Of a stretch of 64,000 nucleotides of DNA, positions 37,766-47,807 are shown one piece after another. A program made the translations under genes and the position numbers. Numbering within the stretch: the stretch's first letter is position 1; each line of letters opens with the position of its first letter. The DNA comes from Kofleriaceae bacterium (GTDB taxonomy: Bacteria; Myxococcota_A; Polyangia; Haliangiales; Haliangiaceae). A model generated the notes under the pieces. That model was not told where the DNA came from and ran no database searches. It saw only the letters and a list, made by a program, of their open reading frames with translations. Location: NCBI GenBank assembly GCA_046597055.1, contig JBKJLC010000052.1:1-64000 (forward strand). Direction: 5' to 3'.

Positions 37766-38899
37766 ATGTCTGCCATCGCTCCTGTCGAACGTCCCTGGCT
37801 CGGCCTCGCGGCCGGCGCCGCCGCCTGCATCCTGACCGCCGCGGTGCTCGTCGTGGCCGTGCCCGGCCAGCGCGTCGTCGCGCTGCTCGCGCTGCTCGGC
37901 TCGCTGCCGCTCGGCGCGCTCGCGATCCGGCGAGCGCTGGCGCTGGGCGCGGTCCACCAGCGCGCCCTCACCCACGTGATCGAACAGTCGGACCGACTGG
38001 TCCGCGGCGAAACGGTCAGCCACGGGGTGCCGTCGGCCGAGCCGGCGATCGAGGCGCTCGACAAGGTCGCCGCCAAGATGAACCAGATCACCGGGGCCCG
38101 CGCCCACATCGTCGCGACCCAGCGCGACCTCGAGCTCGCCCGTCACATGTACCGGTCGATCCTGCCGCTGGCGACGGTCGCCCGCCACGAGCGCATCCGG
38201 GTCGCGGGCGCGTGCACGCCCGCCGCCGAGACCGGCGGCGACTGGTGGACCTATCGCAAGCTGTCGGGCGGTCGCTCGCTGGTGGTGGTGGGCGACGCGA
38301 CCGGGCACGGCGTGTACTCGGCGATGATCGGCTGCGCCGCCCATGGCGCGGTCGAGGCGCTGTCGCACGTCGGCGAGATCCAGCTCACCCCCGACTCGGT
38401 CCTGAAGGCGATCAACGCGGCGATCCGGATCCCGGGCGCCGACCGGGCGGCGATGACGGTGTTCGCCGCGCTGTTCGATCCGACCCGCGGCACGATCGAG
38501 TGGGCCAACGCGTCGCACATGCTGCCGCTGGTCGCCACCACCGACGCGCGCGGCGCGGTCACCAAGGTCGGCGCGCTCAGCGGCGGCGCGCAGCTGTCGC
38601 CCGACAGTGACGACTCCGAGGTGATGACCGCCGAGATCCGCAGCGGCAGCCAGGCGCTGGCCCCGGGCGAGATCGTCGTGCTGTTCACCGACGGGCTGAC
38701 CGATCGCCGCGACAAGGGCGGCCGGGCCTTCGGTCACCGGCGGCTGCAGCAGGCGCTGCAGGCGCTGACCCTCGGCCCTGGCGAGAAAGGCATCGCCGCG
38801 GTCCGCGATCACGTGCTCGCGCAGGTGGCCGCGTTCGCCGGCGGCCAGGAAGTCGACGACGACGTGACGATCGTGGTGTGCGCGCTGGACCCCGCGTAG
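37766..38899 (+). CDS. Membrane PP2C/SpoIIE-type protein phosphatase
   Basis: Two N-terminal TMs; TGGDWW, VGDATGHG, FTDGL, DDVT. Confidence 0.92.
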   Translation: MSAIAPVERPWLGLAAGAAACILTAAVLVVAVPGQRVVALLALLGSLPLGALAIRRALALGAVHQRALTHVIEQSDRLVRGETVSHGVPSAEPAIEALDKVAAKMNQITGARAHIVATQRDLELARHMYRSILPLATVARHERIRVAGACTPAAETGGDWWTYRKLSGGRSLVVVGDATGHGVYSAMIGCAAHGAVEALSHVGEIQLTPDSVLKAINAAIRIPGADRAAMTVFAALFDPTRGTIEWANASHMLPLVATTDARGAVTKVGALSGGAQLSPDSDDSEVMTAEIRSGSQALAPGEIVVLFTDGLTDRRDKGGRAFGHRRLQQALQALTLGPGEKGIAAVRDHVLAQVAAFAGGQEVDDDVTIVVCALDPA

Positions 38900-39189
38900 C
38901 GGGCGGCCAGTCGATCTCGATGAGGACGGTGGTCGCGGCGCCGGTCGCGCGGTCGATCGAGACGCACACCGGCGCCCGCCCGCCTCGACGCCGCGCCCAC
39001 GTGCGCGCCTCGGTCACGCCGGATCACGGCCCAGCACATGTGGGTGCGACTTTGCCGTGTGCGCCGGCGTGGGGCGCACGTCGCTAGCGCGCCCGCGAAC
39101 GCAAGCGTCGGCACGTTCGCGGGCCACCAGGTGGCAGATTCAGAATTGCCCCAATTGTTTGGGACAGCAACGATCGTCACGGTGAGGCC

Positions 39190-40710
39190 ATGCAATCCCG
39201 AACCGCAGCGGTGGCGGTCGGACTGGGCCTGGCCCTGTTCGCCTGCACCGACCATCCCGACCAGACGTCCGCGGACGACGTCACCTCCGGCACCGAAAGC
39301 GAGCTGATCGCCGCGACCACGGTGCGCGTCACCCTGGCTCGCCAGACCGGGGTGACCGGGGTCCAGCGCGTCAACTTCGCGCTGCCCCTGCCGCGCGCCG
39401 CGCTGACCAGCGTGGACCAGACCCGGATCACGCGCACCGACGGCACCGAGCTGGCGGCCGCGCGGCGCGTGCTCGCCACCTACTCCGACGGCTCGCTCCG
39501 CTCGATCCAGATCCAGCTCGACGCCGACGCCGCGCTGACCGCGATCGACGTGCGGGTCGGGACCGCGCGCACGCTCGCGCCGCTGACGATCGTCGAGGTG
39601 TCGACCACGCTCGTGACCACCGATGGCACCAGCGGCCCCAGGGTGTGGGCGTACCTGCCCGATAGCTGGCTGAGCAGCAGCCAGGTCGCCGGCCCGATGG
39701 TGCGCCGGGCCGCGATCGCCTCGACCGCGCTCGATGCGTGGCAGACGATCTGCGACTACGCCCGCTGGACCACGACCGCCTTCAATGCCGGCAAGAGCTC
39801 GGCGGCGTTCTGGCTGTTCGACCGCCCGACCGCGCTCTATCGCGGCTACGCGTACACCGGCGGGCAGGCGGTGGCCCGCGACGCCTACCGCGAGGCCGCG
39901 ATGTACCGGGCCGGCGTCACCGGCACCGGCAGCGCCACCCGGATCGGCGTGCCCGGCGCGTCGTCGGACCTGAAGTACCACTACACCCAGGGCATGGCGA
40001 TCCACTACCTCATGACCGGCGACACCCGGTTCCGCGAGGCGGCCGAGAACGTCGCGATCCGCGCCCACGATCTGTGGCCCAACCCGAGCTACCGGGGCGG
40101 CTTCTGGACCGAGCGCCACGCCGGCTTCGCGCTGCTGGCGTACGAGTGGGCGGCGGCAGTGTCCGACGACCAAGCCGCGACCTTCACCGGCTGGGCCGAC
40201 GTGGCGGTCGCCGCCTACGCCGCGATGCAGGACAACGCCGGCGCGGCCTGGGAGACCGACGCCCGCTGCTTCGCGCACACCGCCGACTCGCACGGCGAGA
40301 GCTACGGGTACACCGGCTGTAGCCCGTGGATGGCGGCGATCCTCGCCGACGGGCTCGACGCCTACGCCCGCCGCCGCGTCAGCGGGGGGCGCTACACGGT
40401 GGCCCAGACCGCGATCATCGAGCTCGGGCGCATGATCGCCCGCCACGGTCGCGACAGCACCGGCAAGCCGTTCTACTGGATGGGCGCCGGCGTGAGCCGG
40501 GGCGAGGTCGACGCCTACCACGAGCACTGGGGCGAGTCGGCCTACGTGGTCGCGATGGCCTGGTGGTACCAGGGCAAGACCGAGACCGCGCTGCGCACCG
40601 CCGCCGACCAGCTGGTGCTCGGCACCCGGACCTCGGGCGTGGCCGGCCAGCTGCGCAGCTTCAACTGGCAGTGCCGGTCGGCGGTCGCGACTCCTTACTT
40701 CCTCAAGTGA
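39190..40710 (+). CDS. Hypothetical lipoprotein, possibly RIFT-barrel/alpha-toroid (YetA/PcRGLX-like)
   Basis: Lipobox LFAC; V.FALPLPRAAL....DGSLRS N-terminal motif; HYLMTGD.RF helical repeat motif. Confidence 0.55.
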   Translation: MQSRTAAVAVGLGLALFACTDHPDQTSADDVTSGTESELIAATTVRVTLARQTGVTGVQRVNFALPLPRAALTSVDQTRITRTDGTELAAARRVLATYSDGSLRSIQIQLDADAALTAIDVRVGTARTLAPLTIVEVSTTLVTTDGTSGPRVWAYLPDSWLSSSQVAGPMVRRAAIASTALDAWQTICDYARWTTTAFNAGKSSAAFWLFDRPTALYRGYAYTGGQAVARDAYREAAMYRAGVTGTGSATRIGVPGASSDLKYHYTQGMAIHYLMTGDTRFREAAENVAIRAHDLWPNPSYRGGFWTERHAGFALLAYEWAAAVSDDQAATFTGWADVAVAAYAAMQDNAGAAWETDARCFAHTADSHGESYGYTGCSPWMAAILADGLDAYARRRVSGGRYTVAQTAIIELGRMIARHGRDSTGKPFYWMGAGVSRGEVDAYHEHWGESAYVVAMAWWYQGKTETALRTAADQLVLGTRTSGVAGQLRSFNWQCRSAVATPYFLK

Positions 40711-40873
40711 GGAGGCCACGCCAGGGCAGCTCCGGCACCGAGGCGTCCGTGCACGACGAAGCGAGGGCTGCCCGGGCGCTCAGGCGCGGCGCGCACCGGC
40801 GCTCGCGCGGCCCACAACCGCCGAGATGAGCGTACCGCCCGGCGCACGGGTATGATGCGCGGGTGGTGCCTGC

Positions 40874-42310
40874 TTGAGCCGCAAGAAGCTGTCCGCGATG
40901 GATGTGCTGTTCCTCGCCGCCGAGAGCCGCGAGGGGATGATGCACGTCGGCGCGCTGTACCCGTTCACGCCGCCGCCGGGAGCTGCGGTCGGGTTCCTGC
41001 GCCAGCTCAGCGACGAGCTGCGGGCGTCGCCCGCGATCCAGGCGCCGTGGAACCTCCGGCTGGCGACCCCGGAGATCCTGAAGAACCCGCTGCAGTCGTG
41101 GGTCGAGGACCGCGAGTTCGACATGGACTATCACGTCCGGCGCTCGGCCCTGCCGTCGCCCGGCGACGAGCGCGAGCTCGGCATCCTGGTGTCGCGCCTG
41201 CACGGCATCCAGATGGACTTCCACCGACCGCTGTGGGAGGTCCACTTCATCGAGGGCCTGGCCGGGGGCCGGTTCGCCCTGTACTTCAAGGTGCACCACG
41301 CGCTGATGGACGGCTACACCGGCATGCGGGTGCTGGCGTCGAGCCTGTCGACCGACCCGGACGCGATCGACACGCCGATGTTCTTCTCGCAGCCGCCGCC
41401 GCGCCGGCGACCGCCAATCGATCTCGACGACGGGGTCGCGATCGAGCGGGCCCCGGCGCCGACCCTGTCGACCCTGTTCGAGGCGGTCCGCGAGCAGACC
41501 ACCGCGGCCCGCTCGGTCGGCCGCGCCCTGATCAACGTCGTGCGGGCGGTGCGCTCGGGCGACCGCACGCTGGTCGCGCCGCTGCAGGCGCCGCGCTCGA
41601 TCCTCAACCGACGCATCAGCCGCAATCGCCGCTTCGCCACCCAGCAGTTCTCGATCGAGCGGCTGCGCAGCCTGGGACGGACCGCCGGCGGCACCGTCAA
41701 CGACGTGTGCCTGGCGCTGTGCGGCGCGGCCCTGCGCCGCCTGCTCGGCGAGCTCGACGCCCTGCCCGACCAGCCGCTGATCGCGATGCTGCCGGTCAAC
41801 GTACGCCCCAAGGACGACCCCGGTGGCGGCAACGCGATCGGCGCGATCCTGGCCTCACTGGCGACCGACCTCGACGACCCGGCCGCGCGGCTCGACGCGA
41901 TCATCATGTCGACCCGGCGCGCCAAGGAGCAGCTGCAGGGCCTGTCGCGCACGGCGATTCTCCAGTACAGCGCGCTCCTGATGGCGCCGCTGACGCTGTC
42001 GCCGCTGCCGGGCATCGCCGGCAACATGCGGCCGGCGTTCAACCTGGTCATCTCGAACGTGCCGGGCCCCGAGCAGCCGCTGTACTTCCGCGGCGCGCGG
42101 CTCGAGGCGACCTACCCGCTGTCGATCCCGTTCCACGGCTACGGGCTCAACATCACGATCACCAGCTACGCGGGCACGCTCAACGTCGGCTTCATCGGCT
42201 GTCGTCACGTGCTGCCGCGCCTGCAGCGGCTCGCGGTGTACGCGGCCGAGGCCGCCGACGACCTCGAGCGTGCGCTCGGCATGCGCGACGGACACGCCAT
42301 CGCCCGGTGA
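40874..42310 (+). CDS. Wax ester synthase/diacylglycerol acyltransferase (WS/DGAT)
   Basis: HHALMDG catalytic motif, RPLWE, TVNDV, NLVISNVPGP. Confidence 0.95.
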   Translation: MSRKKLSAMDVLFLAAESREGMMHVGALYPFTPPPGAAVGFLRQLSDELRASPAIQAPWNLRLATPEILKNPLQSWVEDREFDMDYHVRRSALPSPGDERELGILVSRLHGIQMDFHRPLWEVHFIEGLAGGRFALYFKVHHALMDGYTGMRVLASSLSTDPDAIDTPMFFSQPPPRRRPPIDLDDGVAIERAPAPTLSTLFEAVREQTTAARSVGRALINVVRAVRSGDRTLVAPLQAPRSILNRRISRNRRFATQQFSIERLRSLGRTAGGTVNDVCLALCGAALRRLLGELDALPDQPLIAMLPVNVRPKDDPGGGNAIGAILASLATDLDDPAARLDAIIMSTRRAKEQLQGLSRTAILQYSALLMAPLTLSPLPGIAGNMRPAFNLVISNVPGPEQPLYFRGARLEATYPLSIPFHGYGLNITITSYAGTLNVGFIGCRHVLPRLQRLAVYAAEAADDLERALGMRDGHAIAR

Positions 42311-42336
42311 CCACGGCGCGGCCGAGCACCGGCCGG

Positions 42337-42918
42337 TCAGTGACTGGTCGTCGGCTCCTCCGGCGTGGTGGTCGGGTCCGCTGGCGTGGTGGTCGGGTCC
42401 GCTGGCGTGGTCGGCGGCTGCTCGGTCGTGGTCAGCGGGCCGGTGTGGAAGGTCGTCTTCGCGAGCGTGAGGTGCTGCTGGTCGGCCGCGCCGAAGTTGC
42501 AGTACCAGCCCAGGTCGAACGTGTACGTCATGTCGGGCAGCAGCCGGTAGGTCGTGATCTTGTACACGCCCTCGTCGCGGCTCGCGGCGATGTCCGGGAA
42601 GCGGCCGACCGCGTCCTTCATGTAATTGAACTTGGACACCGGGGCGTCCCACGGCGAGAAGCGGTACTTGACCTCCACGTTGGTGGCGACCCCGGTCGCG
42701 CCGTCGATGGGGGTGACGATCTCGGCGGTCAGGTCGGTGGCGCACGCCGACGGCGCGTCGACCGGCGGGTAGGGGCTGGCATCGACCTGCGGCGTCTTGA
42801 TGCCGCAGTCGAGCTGCGGTGGGGCGTCGTCGCCCTCGGGGTGCTCGAACAGACACCCCGACAGGGCGACGACGGAGAGGAGGGAGAGTGGGAGGGCGGT
42901 GAGGAGGCGAAGGGACAT
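42337..42918 (-). CDS. Hypothetical lipoprotein, Ig-like (Big_5-like) domain with Pro/Thr tail
   Basis: Lipobox LSGC; P.DGATGV.TN..V..RFS, L.P..TYT; ATG at 42918. Confidence 0.65.
   Translation of the reverse strand: MSLRLLTALPLSLLSVVALSGCLFEHPEGDDAPPQLDCGIKTPQVDASPYPPVDAPSACATDLTAEIVTPIDGATGVATNVEVKYRFSPWDAPVSKFNYMKDAVGRFPDIAASRDEGVYKITTYRLLPDMTYTFDLGWYCNFGAADQQHLTLAKTTFHTGPLTTTEQPPTTPADPTTTPADPTTTPEEPTTSH
42362..42403. repeat. 21-bp tandem coding repeat (PADPTTT)
   Basis: GGCGTGGTGGTCGGGTCCGCT x2 plus partial copies. Confidence 0.85.
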
Positions 42919-42931
42919 CGACGAACCCATC

Positions 42932-42947
42932 AGCAAGCGCGATGCCG
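42932..42947 (-). promoter_or_regulatory. sigma54 (-24/-12) promoter
   Basis: Minus strand CGGCATCGCGCTTGCT (GG-N10-GC), 13 nt upstream of the ATG at 42918. Confidence 0.65.
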
Positions 42948-43152
42948 CGCGCGCGCTGCCGGTGGCTGCCGGGGTGCGTCGGTCGGCTGCCAGGCCCTTC
43001 CGCGCCCGCTGCCAGGAAGCCGGCGCGCGCCGTCAGGATGTGTCGGGACTTGGTCAGGTGACCGCGCCCACGCCCTTTGAGCCATGCTCAAGCGCGTGCG
43101 CCACATTCGGGCTCGACCCGCGCCCTCCACTGCTGGCACGCTCCCGCCCGCC

Positions 43153-44460
43153 ATGACCACCCGACGTGCCGACGACGAGCGCGACGCCGACCTCCACCTC
43201 GACCCCAACGTCCCCGGCAATCCGGCGTACCACTTCACGATCTTGCCGCCGGGCTCGCCAGCCAAGGCCGGCTGGACCCAGCGGCCCGAGCTGATTGCCG
43301 GCGCCCGGCCGGGCACCCAGTGCGTCCACGCCGGCGTCCAGCCCGACCCCGCGTACGGCGCGGTGATGCCGCCGATCTACCAGACCAGCACGTTCGCGTT
43401 CCGCGACGTGTGCACCAACGCCGGCTTCGACTACACGCGCAGCGGCAACCCGACCCGGGCCGCGCTCGAGGAGGCGATCAGCGTGCTCGAGGGTGGCGGT
43501 GGCGCCACCTGCACCAGCACCGGCATGAGCGCGATCCTGGTCGCGCTGAACCTCTTGCCGCACGGCAGTCACCTGCTGTGCACGGTCGACTGCTACGGCG
43601 GTACCTTTCGCATGCTCGAGCACGCGAAGGCCGCCTACGGTCTCGAGGTCACCTACCTCGACCTCGCCGACCTCGCCGCGGTCGAGGCCGCGTTCCGACC
43701 CAACACCGGCATGGTGTGGATCGAGACCCCGTCGAACCCGCTCTTGCGCCTGACCGACATCCGCGCGGTCGCCGGCCTCGCCCGCGCCCGCGGCGCGCTC
43801 ACCGTGGTCGACAACACGTTCCTGTCGCCGCTCCTGCAGAAGCCGCTCGCGCTCGGCGCCGACCTGGTCGTGCACTCGACGACCAAGTACCTCAACGGCC
43901 ACAGCGACGTGGTCGGCGGCGCGGTGGTCGCGGTGCGCGGCCAGGTCGCGCTGGCCCAGCGCATCCAGAGCATGAACAACCTGCTCGGCACCTCGCAGGC
44001 GCCGCACGACTGCTTCCTGGTGCTGCGCGGCCTCAAGACCCTGCAGGTCCGCATGCGCGCCCACGAAGAGGGGGCCCGCCGGGTCGCCGCCTTTCTGGAC
44101 GGGCACCCCGCGATCCGCGCGGTCTACTATCCGGGGCTCGCCACCCACCCGCAGCACGCGCTGGCCAAGCGCCAGCAGCAGGGGTTCGGCGCGATGCTGA
44201 GCTTCGAACTCGAGCGGGGCACCCCGGAGCGGGTCAACCATATCCTCACCACCCTGCGCTGGTTCACGCTCGCCGAGAGCCTGGGCGGGGTCGAGAGCCT
44301 GGTCGCCCACCCGGCCTCGATGACCCACGCGTCGATGACGCCCGAGGCCCGCGCCCGCGCTGGCATCACCGACAGCGTGATCCGGCTGTCGATCGGCATC
44401 GAGGAGGCCGAGGATCTGATCACCGATCTGGCGGCGACCCTCGACAGCCTGCCCGGCTGA
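43153..44460 (+). CDS. metB: PLP-dependent trans-sulfuration enzyme (cystathionine gamma-synthase/lyase)
   Basis: PPIYQTSTF, YTRSGNPT, ETPSNP, VDNTF, HSTTKYLNGHSD, AESLGGVESL. Confidence 0.88.
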   Translation: MTTRRADDERDADLHLDPNVPGNPAYHFTILPPGSPAKAGWTQRPELIAGARPGTQCVHAGVQPDPAYGAVMPPIYQTSTFAFRDVCTNAGFDYTRSGNPTRAALEEAISVLEGGGGATCTSTGMSAILVALNLLPHGSHLLCTVDCYGGTFRMLEHAKAAYGLEVTYLDLADLAAVEAAFRPNTGMVWIETPSNPLLRLTDIRAVAGLARARGALTVVDNTFLSPLLQKPLALGADLVVHSTTKYLNGHSDVVGGAVVAVRGQVALAQRIQSMNNLLGTSQAPHDCFLVLRGLKTLQVRMRAHEEGARRVAAFLDGHPAIRAVYYPGLATHPQHALAKRQQQGFGAMLSFELERGTPERVNHILTTLRWFTLAESLGGVESLVAHPASMTHASMTPEARARAGITDSVIRLSIGIEEAEDLITDLAATLDSLPG

Positions 44461-44496
44461 CGAGCGCGCCAGCGCCGGCGGGAGCATGCTGCAGCG

Positions 44497-45042
44497 ATGG
44501 CGACGCTCGAGACCCAGCGGCTGCGGCTGCGGCCCCTGACCCTGGCCGACGCACCGGCGATGGCCGCGCTGCTCGAGCACGACCCCGCGGCGGTCCGCAT
44601 GACCGCGGCGATCCCGGAGCCGTGCAACCTGGCGGGGGCGCGCGCGTGGATCGGCCTGCGGGTCGCCGATGGTCGCGGGCCGTTTGCGCTCATCCTGCGC
44701 GACACCGGGGCCCTGATCGGCGCGATGCGGGTCGGTGACGAGCCGCCCGGGCCCGGCCACGTCGGCTACTGGCTGGGTCGGCCCCACTGGAACCAGGGGC
44801 TCGCCACCGAGGCGCTGCGGGCGCTGATCAAGCGCGCCCACGCGCTGGGCGTGACCAAGTTCCAGTCGGAGACCCTGACCGACAACCCGGCCTCGGCGCG
44901 GGTGCTGGTCAAGGCCGGCTTCCGGGTGGTCGGCACCGACCGGCGCCACTTCCCGACCCGCGGTGGCGCGCGCGACCTGATCCTGTACGCGCTGTTCGTC
45001 GCCGCTGCGCCGCGGCGCAGCGCCGTCCCCGGCTGGGGTTAG
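44497..45042 (+). CDS. GNAT acetyltransferase, RimJ/RimL family
   Basis: LETQRLRLRP, GYWLG..HWNQGLATEA, N.ASARVL.K.GF. Confidence 0.92.
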   Translation: MATLETQRLRLRPLTLADAPAMAALLEHDPAAVRMTAAIPEPCNLAGARAWIGLRVADGRGPFALILRDTGALIGAMRVGDEPPGPGHVGYWLGRPHWNQGLATEALRALIKRAHALGVTKFQSETLTDNPASARVLVKAGFRVVGTDRRHFPTRGGARDLILYALFVAAAPRRSAVPGWG

Positions 45043-45053
45043 GCTCGATCCGC

Positions 45054-47804
45054 ATGACGCCGAGCGACGTCGCCGCCGGCGACATCTCGCACTACCGGAT
45101 CCTCGGGCCGCTCGGCCGCGGGGCGATGGGCGAGGTCTATCGCGCCGTCGATCAGCGGCTCGGCCGCGAGGTCGCGCTCAAGATGTTGCCGCGCGATGTC
45201 GAGGGTGACGCCGACTGGCAGACCCGCCTCCTGCGCGAGGCCCAGGCGGTCAGCTCGCTGAACCATCCCGGCATCGTCACGCTGTTCGACATCACCGCGG
45301 CCGACGGTCGGTCGTTCCTGGTGATGGAGCTGGTCCTGGGCGAGCCGTTCGCCGCGGTCGCCCGGCGCGGCGTGGCCTGGCGGCGCGCGCTGACGCTGGT
45401 CGCCGATGTCGCCGACGCGCTGGCCGCCGCGCACACGCTCGGCATCCTCCATCGCGACATCAAGTCGGACAACCTGATGGTGACCCCGGCCGGCCAGGTG
45501 AAGGTCCTCGATTTCGGACTCGCCAAGCTGCGCGCCGGGCCCGCTGGCGCGGCGACGCCGGGCGCCACCGAGCTCGCCCTCTCGATCGTCAGCACCGAAG
45601 CGCTGCCCGACCTGTCCGAGCACGTCTCGCTCGAGGCGACGATCGCGCCGACGCTCGCGGTCGGCAGCACGCCGTCGTCATCGACCACGAGCCTGGCCGA
45701 GCACCTGCCACCGCCGGCGTCGCCGTCGCAGCCGACCTGGCGGCCAGCCCAGCGCGAGCTCGCCAGCGATCTGACCCAGGCCGGCCAGCTGGTCGGGACC
45801 CCGGCCTACATGGCGCCCGAGTGCTACGACGGCATCACCGACGTCCGCAGCGAGGTGTTCGCGCTCGGCGTGGTGCTGTACGAGCTGCTGGTCGGGACCC
45901 GGCCGTTCGATCGCGGCAACGCGTTCGCGACCATGGCCGCGATCAAGCTCGACGACCCGGTCGCGCCGTCGATCGCGGCGGCCACCCGCGGCATCCCGAC
46001 CCGGGTCGATCGCGTGGTCGTGCGCGCGCTGGCCAAGGCCGCCGAGGATCGCTTCCCCGACATGGCGACGCTGGCCGCGACGCTGCGCGAGCTGGCCCGT
46101 CCGCCGCGCCGGGCGTGGTGGCCGTGGGCGCTGCTCGGCGCCGGGGTCGCGGTCGGCGCCGCCGGGCTCGGCTGGCGCCTGACCGCCGCGCCCGACCGAC
46201 CGCCGGCGCGGGAGATGGAGGTGACCTCGAGCCGCCGGCTCACGCTCGATCAGGGCTGCGAGGAGTACCCGCGCTTCACGCCCGACGGCACCAGCATCAT
46301 CTACGACGGCCTGATCGACGGCGACTCCGAGATCCTGTCGGTGGGCCTCGACGGCAGCGGGCGCCGCCGCCTGACCCACGCGCCCGGCTGGGACTACGCC
46401 GCGGCGGTCTCGCCCGACGGGGCCCGGGTCGCGTACATCCACGAGGGCACCGACGGCCGGACCGCGCGGGTGATGAGCGCCGCCGGCGACGCCGCCGGGG
46501 CGCGCGAGCTCGGGCCGATCAGCGGTTATCCGGCGTGGACCCGTGACGGCGCGCTGCTGGTCGGTGATGCCGCCGGGCGGATCCTGCGCTGGGAGCTCGC
46601 CACCGGCGCCGGCGCCGCGGTCGCCCGCGAGACCGTGCTCGGGCAGCTGCCGACCGGGGCCCGCGCCTACCACCTGGCGGCGGTCGAGGGCGGCGGCGTC
46701 GCGATCTTGTGGTGGACGCCGAGCAACGCCGACGGCACCGGGCTCGGCGAGCTCGACCCCGGCGGCCGCCTGCGCGTGATCGAGCAGGGCCAGGTCGACT
46801 ACGAGGGCGGGTTGGTGCCCTCGTTCACCGAGCGCGGCTACTACGCGACCCGCAAGGCGGCGACCACGGGCAACCAGCTGCTGTGGCGGCCGTGGGGCGG
46901 TGGCGCGCCGGTGGTGGTGCCGGGCGGGCTGTCGCCGCGGGCCGGCGTCGACATCTCCCGCGACGCGCGCCGGCTGGTGTTCTCGACCTGCACCGCGCGC
47001 CAGTACATCGCCCGCGTGCGCCCCGGCGTCGCGCCGGTGGTGATCTCGCGCGGCGAGTGGCAGGACCACAGCCCGATCGCGCTGGCCGGCAACCGCGCGC
47101 TGATCACTTCCGATCGACTCGGCCACCAGCAAGGCTGGCTGATCGACCTCGCCACCCGCGAGGCCCGCGCGGTGACCCCGCCCGACAGCCACGGCGCGGC
47201 CGCCGCGCCCGGTGGGGACCAGGTCGCGTACGCCGCCGACGGTGGCCGCGGCGGGCTGCGGCTGGTCGCGCTCACCGGCGGTGCGCCGCGTCCGCTGACC
47301 ACCGACGCCTCCGACACCGCCCCGGCGTTCAGCCACGCCGGCGATCAGGTCGTGTTCGTGCGCACGCTCGTGGGTCAGCCCTGGCTACACGCGGTCGCCA
47401 CCGACGGCGGCGCGCCGCGGCGCCTGGTCGCGGGCACCGAGCCGGCGCTGTCGCCGGTCGCTGACACCATCGTGTACATCACCGCGGCCGACGCCGCGGG
47501 CGCCGGCCAGATCAGGCTCACCGACCTCGCCGGTGGCCCGTCACGTTCGCTGCCGGGCGTCGACCGGGCGGCGTGGCAGCGGCCTCGCTTTTCGCCCGAC
47601 GGCCGCCGGCTCCTGGTGCTGCGCGGCTTCCAGGAGGTCGTCGAGCTCACGATCGACGGCAGCGCGCCGCCGACCGTGGTGTGGACGGCGACCACCGACA
47701 GCGTGATCGCGGTCGACTACACGGCCGACGGCGACGGCATCCTGGCGGCGCTCGCCGACTACGATGGCGACGTGTGGCTGGCCGAAGGCCGCTTCGGCCG
47801 GTAG
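45054..47804 (+). CDS. Ser/Thr protein kinase with TM and PD40/TolB beta-propeller
   Basis: LGRGAMGEVY, HRDIKSDN, DFGLAK, GTPAYMAPE; repeated P.(F/V)(S/T)PDG motifs. Confidence 0.93.
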   Translation: MTPSDVAAGDISHYRILGPLGRGAMGEVYRAVDQRLGREVALKMLPRDVEGDADWQTRLLREAQAVSSLNHPGIVTLFDITAADGRSFLVMELVLGEPFAAVARRGVAWRRALTLVADVADALAAAHTLGILHRDIKSDNLMVTPAGQVKVLDFGLAKLRAGPAGAATPGATELALSIVSTEALPDLSEHVSLEATIAPTLAVGSTPSSSTTSLAEHLPPPASPSQPTWRPAQRELASDLTQAGQLVGTPAYMAPECYDGITDVRSEVFALGVVLYELLVGTRPFDRGNAFATMAAIKLDDPVAPSIAAATRGIPTRVDRVVVRALAKAAEDRFPDMATLAATLRELARPPRRAWWPWALLGAGVAVGAAGLGWRLTAAPDRPPAREMEVTSSRRLTLDQGCEEYPRFTPDGTSIIYDGLIDGDSEILSVGLDGSGRRRLTHAPGWDYAAAVSPDGARVAYIHEGTDGRTARVMSAAGDAAGARELGPISGYPAWTRDGALLVGDAAGRILRWELATGAGAAVARETVLGQLPTGARAYHLAAVEGGGVAILWWTPSNADGTGLGELDPGGRLRVIEQGQVDYEGGLVPSFTERGYYATRKAATTGNQLLWRPWGGGAPVVVPGGLSPRAGVDISRDARRLVFSTCTARQYIARVRPGVAPVVISRGEWQDHSPIALAGNRALITSDRLGHQQGWLIDLATREARAVTPPDSHGAAAAPGGDQVAYAADGGRGGLRLVALTGGAPRPLTTDASDTAPAFSHAGDQVVFVRTLVGQPWLHAVATDGGAPRRLVAGTEPALSPVADTIVYITAADAAGAGQIRLTDLAGGPSRSLPGVDRAAWQRPRFSPDGRRLLVLRGFQEVVELTIDGSAPPTVVWTATTDSVIAVDYTADGDGILAALADYDGDVWLAEGRFGR

Positions 47805-47807
47805 CGA

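Noticed and set aside
38900..39017. Short protein-like fragment (VCVSIDRATGAATTVLIEIDW) on the minus strand
   Set aside because: Too short to support a gene or pseudogene call
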